This document shows, piece by piece, positions 1 through 7,010 of a stretch of 16,081 bases of DNA. Each line of letters begins with the position of its first letter. The first letter of the stretch is position 1. The translations under genes and the position numbers were made by a program. The notes under the pieces are model-generated. The model ran no database searches and was not told the origin of the DNA. It saw nothing but the letters and a program-made list of their open reading frames with translations. Source of the DNA: Chlamydiia bacterium (GTDB lineage Bacteria > Chlamydiota > Chlamydiia > Chlamydiales > JBMOFD01); assembly GCA_049314435.1 (NCBI GenBank), contig JBMOFD010000041.1, positions 1 through 16,081 of the forward strand, written 5' to 3'.

Positions 1-33
1 GGCGCTACATCATGGAATGCCAGGGTGTTTGAG

Positions 34-88
34 CGTGCTTTCATCCCGATCCCCTAAAGGGGATGGGAATTCCCGCACGTCCATTTAA
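34..88. mobile_element. Probable terminal hairpin (left end) of an IS200/IS605-family element extending beyond the left edge of the window
   Basis: TTCATCCCGATCCCC-TAAA-GGGGATGGGAATTCCCGC forms a bulged hairpin (44-68) inside an outer CGTGC/GCACG pair (34-38/75-79) and is followed by TTTAA (84-88). This resembles the subterminal hairpin plus AT-rich target motif of IS605-group ends. No transposase is in the window. Confidence 0.5.
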
Positions 89-370
89 GGGAGCTGGGTT
101 TGGGCTGTTCGTAGCAGCCGCAGGAGTCGTACGAAGAAGCCCGGGGGTGGCAGCCAATGGCCTTGCCGCCGTCGCTAGCACGACCGCTGCCGCTTTAGAA
201 GCTCAATAGGACATCAGTGCTATGGGAGAACATAACAACCAGGCTAAGGCTCGAAAGAGAGAACGACAAGAGCGCGAGCGCCCAGACCGGTGGCTGGAGC
301 GTTCTGCAAGCCGAATGGCACAGAAGCGCCATCCGTCGCTGAAAGCCCTTCGACCAGGCCGGAGGGCTCC

Positions 371-721
371 ATGATCTGGGTCAATATGCTTGGTATTCCC
401 CTCTTGGCAGTTATTGGTATCAGCCTCTTGCCAACCAGACTCACGCAAGTCAATAGCAAGTGGTGGTTCCGCGGCCTCATGCTATGGGTTATTTTCGGAA
501 GCGTTGCGAACTGGGTCTCATTACGCGAACTTGACCTCAAGGTGCTTACAGGAACCAACCTCTTGTCCTGGGCAGCTTTTCTGACAACTACATCACTGGT
601 CAGCGTTTGCTTGGTCATGCTCCTTTGGCCAGACAATTCCAAAACCATCCCAAAGTGGCGTCTAGAGCTGGGCATGGGACTGATTGTATTGTCGAGTCGC
701 TTAGCTTGGGTCTGTTGGTAG
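371..721 (+). CDS. Small hypothetical integral membrane protein (116 aa, about 4 TM segments, Trp-rich)
   Basis: GGAGG at 361-365 lies 5 nt before ATG 371. There are four hydrophobic segments and 10 Trp. It converges on ytgD with a 35-nt gap. The GTG 290 start in the ORF track is less likely. Confidence 0.6.
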   Translation: MIWVNMLGIPLLAVIGISLLPTRLTQVNSKWWFRGLMLWVIFGSVANWVSLRELDLKVLTGTNLLSWAAFLTTTSLVSVCLVMLLWPDNSKTIPKWRLELGMGLIVLSSRLAWVCW

Positions 722-756
722 GCAGTATCCATTGAAGTCCTCTAGAGACTCGCTGA

Positions 757-1755
757 TTAGCTCCCTTCAGCCGAGGGCCGTGCGCCTCGCTGCCATCTGC
801 TGGCGATCCAACCCATATCTGGGAGGAAGATACATACGAGAGCTACTACGCTCACCCAAGTGACTACACAAGCTCCCGTTGATAGCGGCACCTGAAAAGC
901 GGAGAGAACCGCTCGTGCTGTGGCCACCCCGGCTACTGCACAAAGAGCCCCCACAAGCCCGCTCCACAAGATCAGCTGGGTTAAAGATCGACTCCATCTA
1001 CGAGCAGCCAGGACTGGACCCACCAGAAGCGCCAAGACCATCAGCACCCCAACGGCTCTAAATCCAGCGACCGCTGTCAAGGCCACCTGCGTCATCAAGA
1101 TGTAGCCATAGCGGTTCGCTGAATAGCCCACACAAGCGCCGAATCCCGGATCGAACGTGGTCGTTTGATAGGGGCGAAGCAGCACCCCACAGGCTACTAG
1201 GTTCACGAGAAGCACACTCACTGCCAGCTTGAGGTCTTCAAGACCAAGCCCGTCGGCATTCCCCATGACGATCTCCAAGCCGATGTGCGCGTTGCGGGTG
1301 AAGAGCGTAACGATCACGATCCCTAGTGCAAAGAGCGTCGTAAACACAAGTCCAGTGCTGGCATCTTCATGAAGACGGAACCAGCGCACAAGGCTCTGGG
1401 TCAAAAAGGTCGTCAGGATACCGGTGAGGATCGCGGCAATGAACATGGGCACAAGGGGGATAGCACCCTCCACCATCGATTCTGGGCCCAAGCCAATACG
1501 GCTGAGCAGGAATGCGGCTGCAATCCCCAGTAAAATGGTATGGGAGAGGCTATTCGCCAACATTGTCATGCGACGAAGCACAAGGAGACTACCCACCCAA
1601 CCACAGCTCAAGGCCACGCAGACGAGCACGAGCAGCTGCACCTCATCGGTGGCCAATACGCCGCTACCTCCCAGAAGAGAACGAACGATCTCTGGAATCC
1701 GCCAGATGAACCGACCTAAAAATTCGAAGAAAGAGCTGCCGATATAAGGGTTCAA
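757..1755 (-). CDS. ytgD: Mn/Zn/Fe ABC transporter permease (TroD/YtgD)
   Basis: ABC-3 permease motifs LVLRRMTMLANSLSHTILLG, EDASTGLVFTTLFALGI, TTFDPGF and FRAVGVLMVLALLVGP. Chlamydial-type N-terminus PYxGxSFF. The TTG start overlaps the ytgC stop (TTGA). Confidence 0.93.
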   Translation of the reverse strand: MNPYIGSSFFEFLGRFIWRIPEIVRSLLGGSGVLATDEVQLLVLVCVALSCGWVGSLLVLRRMTMLANSLSHTILLGIAAAFLLSRIGLGPESMVEGAIPLVPMFIAAILTGILTTFLTQSLVRWFRLHEDASTGLVFTTLFALGIVIVTLFTRNAHIGLEIVMGNADGLGLEDLKLAVSVLLVNLVACGVLLRPYQTTTFDPGFGACVGYSANRYGYILMTQVALTAVAGFRAVGVLMVLALLVGPVLAARRWSRSLTQLILWSGLVGALCAVAGVATARAVLSAFQVPLSTGACVVTWVSVVALVCIFLPDMGWIASRWQRGARPSAEGS

Positions 1756-3077
1756 GTCGCCCTCCCAGGAGGAATAGGCTGCTTGTGTGGGTCAAAGGCT
1801 GGTTGGTTCAGCAGATCAACGAGCTGCCTTTCAATGTCAGGGGTCAAGATATGCTCGATCTCCTCGGCATTGCGATGCACCCGCTCCACACCAAGTCCAA
1901 GATAGTCAGTGAGGTAGAGCTCCCACAGCCGATGCAACCGCACAATCTGCGTAGCCCGGGCATGGCCATCCTCTGTAAGGTGCCATGAGGCATCACGATG
2001 CACTACCCATCCCTGCCTAATCAAGCGCCATAGCCGCCAGCGGACCCATGTTTGAGCGCTTCCGACCCATTCCGCAAGAGTCTCTGGCCCAATCATGGCC
2101 CCTCTTGCACGCCATATCGCCTTAAGGAGATTCTCATCGAGGCATTTCATGCGGAATCTGGCCATCCGCAGTGTCTTTATCACTAAGCCCCGCTCGGGAG
2201 CCAAAAGCAGGGCCAGCACGCAGAAGAGAGCCGCTGTGAGCACAATGGATGGACCAGTTGCCAGAGCCATCGAACGCTGTAACTGCTCGCTCAACCACTC
2301 CCCACCCTCTACGGAAAGAATCGTGCCCAGAAAACCCGATGCACCCCCTACCAGGGCTGCGATCGTCAACAGAACGGGAAGCCGATGGCAAAATTGACGC
2401 GCTGTAATGGCTGGGATGATGAGCATGGCTGACATCAACACCACACCCACGCTGCGTAATCCAATGACAACCGCCGCCACAAGAAGAAGGGTGAATAGCC
2501 TGTCAGCCCACTGAGCGCGTACTCCTAGCGTCTGCGCAAATTCGGCATCGAAGCTGACCACCTGCAGCTCTTTAAAGAAGAGGATGACAAGCGAGAGAAC
2601 GGTGAGGACCAACCCTCCATAGAGCCAGATGTCTTGATCGGTCATGGTCACGGTCTGTCCAAACAGGAAGCTCTCCGCCTGCTGGTACCACTTCGGAAGA
2701 ACCACCTGCAGTCGACTAGCAAAGAGCAATCCAAATCCAAAGAAGGAGGCCAGGACAAAACAGAGCGCTGAATCGGGACGTACACGCCGCTTTTCCAAGG
2801 CTCGGATGAGGTTGAGAGCTAACCAGGCGGCTATGCTAGCACCTAGCAAGACTAGGGGGAGCACTCCTTCATCAAGCGGATTAGAGAAGAACTGTGAGGC
2901 CACGGTGAGAGCCAAAAGCACGCCAGGATAGGCGGCGTGGGCCAGTGTTTCCCCAAGTAGAGATCTCTTACGTAGAACGACAATGCCACCAACTAGGGAG
3001 GCTGCAATGCACATCAGGACGCTACCTAGAGTCGGACCCCTAAACAGCGGATCGACGACATAGTCCAAGATCCTCAT
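1752..3077 (-). CDS. ytgC: Metal ABC permease fused to a C-terminal DtxR/MntR-family repressor (YtgC-YtgR, TroCR)
   Basis: The N-terminal part is an ABC-3 permease (RKRSLLGETLAHAAYPG, FLFGQ, SFDAEFA). The C-terminal ~130 aa (about 1752-2150) carry DENLLKAIW, LTEDG, VRLHRLWELYL, HRNAEEIEH and DPHKQPIP, hallmarks of DtxR-family metal-binding and dimerisation domains. ATGA overlap with ytgB. Confidence 0.95.
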   Translation of the reverse strand: MRILDYVVDPLFRGPTLGSVLMCIAASLVGGIVVLRKRSLLGETLAHAAYPGVLLALTVASQFFSNPLDEGVLPLVLLGASIAAWLALNLIRALEKRRVRPDSALCFVLASFFGFGLLFASRLQVVLPKWYQQAESFLFGQTVTMTDQDIWLYGGLVLTVLSLVILFFKELQVVSFDAEFAQTLGVRAQWADRLFTLLLVAAVVIGLRSVGVVLMSAMLIIPAITARQFCHRLPVLLTIAALVGGASGFLGTILSVEGGEWLSEQLQRSMALATGPSIVLTAALFCVLALLLAPERGLVIKTLRMARFRMKCLDENLLKAIWRARGAMIGPETLAEWVGSAQTWVRWRLWRLIRQGWVVHRDASWHLTEDGHARATQIVRLHRLWELYLTDYLGLGVERVHRNAEEIEHILTPDIERQLVDLLNQPAFDPHKQPIPPGRAT

Positions 3078-3859
3078 GCATCGAGACCTTCTGACTTACG
3101 CAATTGAAGCTGGGCTGCCTCGCAGAGGAGAGCCGGGCTTTTACCGTAGGTCAATTCAAGTATTTCTGGGGTGAAGGTCAAGGCCGTGGGACCATCAGCC
3201 ACGAGTCGTAGATTGAGCAGAATCAACCAGTCGAAGTATCGGGCCACTGTCGACAGATCATGGTGGACGACAAGCACCGTCTTGCCCCGTAAGCGAAGGT
3301 CGTGGAGAATCTGCACGATCACCGCCTCAGTCGCGTGATCCACGCCAACAAAGGGCTCGTCCAGGAAGTAGATCTCCGCATCCTGAAGAAGAGCTCGTGC
3401 CAAGAAGGCCCTCTGCTGCTGACCTCCGGAGAGCTGCCCAATCTGACGATCCGCCAAGCGATCAAGTCCCACCAGCTGCAGCACTCGCTGCACAGCCTCC
3501 CAATCACAAGCCCGAGGACGTTGCAAAAGACCCAGTTGACCATAGCGGCCCATCATCACCAGATCCTGCACCGTGATGGGGAAATCCCAGTCCACCGACT
3601 CCCTCTGAGGCACATAGGCAATCTGACCACGCACCTGGGAGAGTCTCTTCCCGAAAAACAAGATCTGTCCAGAGAGCGGTCTAATCAAGCCAAGGCAAGC
3701 CTTGAGCAGCGTGGATTTGCCAGCCCCATTGGGGCCCAAAATCCCCACACACTTGCCAGAAGGAATCTGCAGATCGACATCCCATAGAACAGGCGTCTTC
3801 CCATAGGTGACGGTAAGGTGATCGATGGACACCGCTGGCAAGTGAGAGCTCTGTTTCAC
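3074..3859 (-). CDS. ytgB: Metal ABC transporter ATP-binding subunit (TroB/YtgB)
   Basis: Walker A GPNGAGKST, Q-loop YVPQR, signature LSGGQQQR, Walker B YFLDEPF and H-loop VHHDL. The GTG start overlaps the ytgA stop (GTGA). Confidence 0.95.
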   Translation of the reverse strand: MKQSSHLPAVSIDHLTVTYGKTPVLWDVDLQIPSGKCVGILGPNGAGKSTLLKACLGLIRPLSGQILFFGKRLSQVRGQIAYVPQRESVDWDFPITVQDLVMMGRYGQLGLLQRPRACDWEAVQRVLQLVGLDRLADRQIGQLSGGQQQRAFLARALLQDAEIYFLDEPFVGVDHATEAVIVQILHDLRLRGKTVLVVHHDLSTVARYFDWLILLNLRLVADGPTALTFTPEILELTYGKSPALLCEAAQLQLRKSEGLDA

Positions 3860-4878
3860 AGTGACCCCTCAGCCCATTCGGACACTAACACTCTCATGTT
3901 ATCCTCCATCATGCTCTGATAAGCATGCCGACGCCCACAGCCCCATGCAGAACCCATTGTGTCCCCGTAGAGCGCAGATCGAGCCAATCTCAGATCCAGG
4001 CCGCGGCTCTGCCCAGCATGAAGCACCTTGCGCAGGGCCGCTTGGCTCACATTACTCTCAGGGAAGAGCACCTGTACATGATTTTTCGCACAGAACTCGA
4101 TCACCCTCTTGATGTCAGTTAGGCTCAACTGGCCTTCTGGGGCAAGTCCCTCGGGAGCACAGAGCCTCTCAGGCCAGGTCTCCAGGCTGCGCTCCGCCTC
4201 CGTGGCTAGGTATCTCCTTACGAAGTAATTGAACGCATCATGACTGGTGACTAGGTATCTCTTCTCTTCCGGAACCGCCTGGAGTTGGGTCAGGATCTCG
4301 CCATCGAGCTCAGCAAGTTGTCTGCGCAGCTCCAGCGCTCGCTCTTTAAACTCCTCTGCATGGGCAGCGTCCAACTGGATGAGAGCACGCTCGATAGCAG
4401 GGGTGGTCTCCGACCATAGATGCACATCCAACCACACATGGGGATCGATCTGCCCATCGAGTCGTAGGATTTCATCAGCGTGATTCTTCAGGAGCTCCTG
4501 CCCCAAGGAGAGGACCTTTGGGCTCGATTCTAAAAAGCTCTGTAGAGACGGCCCATGCTCCAATCCCAGCCCGCTCGCGATCACCAGCTGGGCCGATTGC
4601 AACTTCTCGTCGTCCCCTTTCACGAGCTGATAGCTATGAGGGTCGAGGTCCCCGATGATGAGCACGGTCACAGAGGCTCGATTCCCGGCGATCGCCGCGG
4701 CTAGATCTGCCACCTGAGCCGTCGTGCACAAAATCTTGGGAACCTGGGCCCGTTGCCACTCTTCCGACTGACATACCACGACATCTTCTGGTGGCTCAGA
4801 GGAAGAACATCCTAAAATCAGGCCTAGCCATACGGCGATGATCGACCACCGACATCCCCTTACCCATTGTGAACGCAT
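3856..4878 (-). CDS. ytgA: Metal ABC transporter substrate-binding lipoprotein (TroA/YtgA)
   Basis: Cluster A-I binding-protein ligand motifs DPHSY, DPHVW, SHDAF and YGD. The start is moved to ATG 4878, which gives a basic N-region, a hydrophobic core and the lipobox-like LILG|C. Confidence 0.92.
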   Translation of the reverse strand: MRSQWVRGCRWSIIAVWLGLILGCSSSEPPEDVVVCQSEEWQRAQVPKILCTTAQVADLAAAIAGNRASVTVLIIGDLDPHSYQLVKGDDEKLQSAQLVIASGLGLEHGPSLQSFLESSPKVLSLGQELLKNHADEILRLDGQIDPHVWLDVHLWSETTPAIERALIQLDAAHAEEFKERALELRRQLAELDGEILTQLQAVPEEKRYLVTSHDAFNYFVRRYLATEAERSLETWPERLCAPEGLAPEGQLSLTDIKRVIEFCAKNHVQVLFPESNVSQAALRKVLHAGQSRGLDLRLARSALYGDTMGSAWGCGRRHAYQSMMEDNMRVLVSEWAEGSL

Positions 4879-5951
4879 TCTTCTCCGAGCTCCTCGAGCC
4901 ATGCCATCGGGTAAATCCCATGTGAGCATCCATTTCGGACCTCGAGTCGAACCGCGTAGCTACCGATGGGCTCTACGGCGACGAGAACCTCCGTCCCCTT
5001 AGTTCCTCTCCGAGGAAATCCACCCGATCTACAGCGGACACAGGGACACCGTTCTATCACATCACACACAGCTATCTTACGCCAGAGACCGGGCTCGGTG
5101 CAAAAGCCTAAATGCCCATCATCTAACTTCACCCACTGAGTCGTGACCGAACTGGGCTCACCATTCGCTTCAATCTGCCTGAGAAGCAAGCGGGCATAAC
5201 TCTCAAGAGGCTTCCTCCAAGGGTGGTCAAGCCCAGGCTCAAAGCAGTGTCCACCGCGATCACTCAGGCCAGCCAGACTCGGAACAAAGGGTAATCCGAG
5301 ATACGACATTATATTAAATTGTTTAACCAAGGAGTGAGCCTCTCCCGATCCAAACAAGTCGATCCACTCCCCGTCCGGGGTGCGGTATCCCACCATGTTC
5401 TCCACCAAGCCGAGGAGGGGGATACCGGCATCGCGACCATGACGGAGCGCGCGCATGACTTCCATCGTGCAGAGTCTCTGCGGCTGCGAGCAGGCCACTA
5501 GGCCACTAAAAGGAAGAGCCTGAGTGAGCGTGATCGGAATATCCCCGGTACCCGGTGGGAAATCCACGAGAAGAAGATCGAGCTCGCCCCACTCTACGTC
5601 TTGAACGAACTGCTGGATCAATGCATTGGCGATCGGGGCTCGTACCACAGCTAACGCACCCCAATTAGGGAGAAAGGCGGCCGACATCAGTCGAATGCCG
5701 CTCGAATCGGCCGGTCTCACTCGACCATCCTCTTGGACAAAGGGAAGCTGCGTAGCGGGAAGAAGAATCGACTGACTCGGACCGTAGATATCAGCATCCA
5801 ACACACCTACCCGATAACCTAGATGCTGATAGGCGCGGGCTAGTTGCGCTGTCAGTGTACTCTTCCCTACACCACCCTTCCCAGCTACAACACCAATAAT
5901 GTGGCGAACTCCTCGAAACGGAGCGCCATTGTAGTAAGAAGGAGCTGTCAT
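4860..5951 (-). CDS. mrp: Mrp/ApbC/Nbp35-family Fe-S cluster carrier P-loop ATPase with a C-terminal DUF971 (GBBH-like N) domain
   Basis: Deviant Walker A GKGGVGKST, DADIYGPS, WGELDLLLVDFPPGTGD and GLVENM. The C-terminus has CPCVRC...EPIGSYAVRL...GCSHGIY, matching the DUF971 pattern CPCxxC...VGNYA...GH.TGIY. Confidence 0.88.
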   Translation of the reverse strand: MTAPSYYNGAPFRGVRHIIGVVAGKGGVGKSTLTAQLARAYQHLGYRVGVLDADIYGPSQSILLPATQLPFVQEDGRVRPADSSGIRLMSAAFLPNWGALAVVRAPIANALIQQFVQDVEWGELDLLLVDFPPGTGDIPITLTQALPFSGLVACSQPQRLCTMEVMRALRHGRDAGIPLLGLVENMVGYRTPDGEWIDLFGSGEAHSLVKQFNIMSYLGLPFVPSLAGLSDRGGHCFEPGLDHPWRKPLESYARLLLRQIEANGEPSSVTTQWVKLDDGHLGFCTEPGLWRKIAVCDVIERCPCVRCRSGGFPRRGTKGTEVLVAVEPIGSYAVRLEVRNGCSHGIYPMAWLEELGEECVHNG

Positions 5952-6076
5952 GGAGGGACCTACTGTTCGGCATTCAATATCAAGAGATTAGAAACACAAT
6001 GATGGAAACTCAAGCACGATCATTTTCTCAACGCCAGCCATAGGAAGCCGCCCAATGAAATGGTCAGCGAGAACAG

Positions 6077-6106
6077 TTGCCTATTAATTCATAATGGCAA
6101 TAAACT
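6077..6106 (+). promoter_or_regulatory. Imperfect AT-rich inverted repeat overlapping a possible sigma66/70 promoter in the divergent mrp-ytg / ddbA intergenic region
   Basis: TTGCC(T)ATTA-ATTCA-TAATGGCAA at 6077-6100. TTGCCT-N18-TAAACT could serve as -35/-10 for the + strand gene. Confidence 0.35.
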
Positions 6107-6208
6107 CACCCGTTACAAACGCTCGAGAGACATTCCTTGTCGCCGACGCGTGCCATACGCTTACATTTGATCAAAGAAATCATCAAGATGAGAATTTTAG
6201 AGGAACCA

Positions 6209-6694
6209 ATGAGCCAGTTTACCCAAACAATGTCCGGTGAAGAGCTGGAGCGTTTAATCAACAAGGCACTGACCAAAGTTGGCGGCGCGAAAGAGAACGA
6301 TCTTTGCCGCTACATCCCAGCGGAACGTGGTGGGTACCTGCACCATTTTACTCTCCGTAAAATGAAATCTGAAGATCCAGTGAAACTGGGTGAGCTCATT
6401 GGACAACACATCATTGCGACCGAACGTCCAGTGACTGTGGCTCCCAAGCAACGCATGCCACGCGGGACCAAGAAGCGTAAGGACCAACTGATTCTGAACC
6501 GCGACCTTGCCGAGAAATTGGTGCAGATCGCTCGTGATGCTGGTCATCCAGAGATCGCTTCCCAACTGAGCCCTCCTCGCTCCCTGGGACAACTTCGTCG
6601 TGAACTGCTTAGCACAGTGAAAGCTGGTCGTGTTGACCAACATCTCTGGAATCAGTGGTGCGAAGCCCTCCAGCAGAGTCAATCCGCTCGATAG
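6209..6694 (+). CDS. ddbA: Chlamydiae-conserved DNA-binding protein, CT066/CTL0322 (DdbA)-like
   Basis: Motifs KENDLCRYIP..GGYLHHFTLRKMK, APKQR.PRG and W...W match my recollection of CT066. It lies between npt1 and ytgA as in C. trachomatis. GAGGA precedes ATG 6209; ATG 6188 and 6230 are alternative starts. Confidence 0.8.
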   Translation: MSQFTQTMSGEELERLINKALTKVGGAKENDLCRYIPAERGGYLHHFTLRKMKSEDPVKLGELIGQHIIATERPVTVAPKQRMPRGTKKRKDQLILNRDLAEKLVQIARDAGHPEIASQLSPPRSLGQLRRELLSTVKAGRVDQHLWNQWCEALQQSQSAR

Positions 6695-6719
6695 CCGTAA
6701 CCGGCAACTCCTGCCATCG

Positions 6720-6754
6720 AACAATAGGCCCTGCTTAGGGCCTATTGTTTTTTT
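6720..6754 (+). terminator. Rho-independent terminator of ddbA
   Basis: Perfect 13-bp stem AACAATAGGCCCT/AGGGCCTATTGTT with a GCTT loop, running into a T-tract. Confidence 0.9.
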
Positions 6755-6849
6755 CTTTCCATCAGACCCTTCTTCCAGGCTTTCAATTAACTTCTAATAG
6801 ATTCTTCTCTCGATTTATCAAGGAAATTTTTTTCTAACCAAATAATCTG

Positions 6850-6877
6850 TTGTCGTTATCAACTATCCATGTATAAT
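6850..6877 (+). promoter_or_regulatory. Sigma66/70 promoter for npt1
   Basis: TTGTCG (6850-6855), N16, TATAAT (6872-6877), with an AT-rich upstream segment. It implies a 5' leader of about 125 nt. Confidence 0.65.
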
Positions 6878-7010
6878 AGAAACGCAATGTGGCGGTCTTT
6901 ACAGATTCTGTTGAAGGTCTGGAGCCCGTGCCCGTCAGCGAATCTGATGGGGCTAGCGATCCTCGCGGGTCACTGGCGTACACTCTCGATAACGCAAAGG
7001 ATAGAACACG

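Noticed and set aside
244..732. 162-aa - strand ORF as a further ytg operon gene
   Set aside because: No recognisable motifs. The opposite strand gives a coherent 4-TM protein with a well-placed GGAGG.
4879..4929. Longer N-terminal extensions in the ORF track (ytgA 4929; likewise lepA 12363, gnd 15723, ddbA 6137, paralog B 11779, Cys-rich 9033)
   Set aside because: Downstream ATGs give canonical lengths, proper signal peptides or better RBSs, and reduce overlaps.
6141..6155. Sigma54 promoter TGGCACGCGTCGGCG on the - strand for mrp-ytg
   Set aside because: The GC is one base off the strict GG-N10-GC spacing and TTGC is absent.
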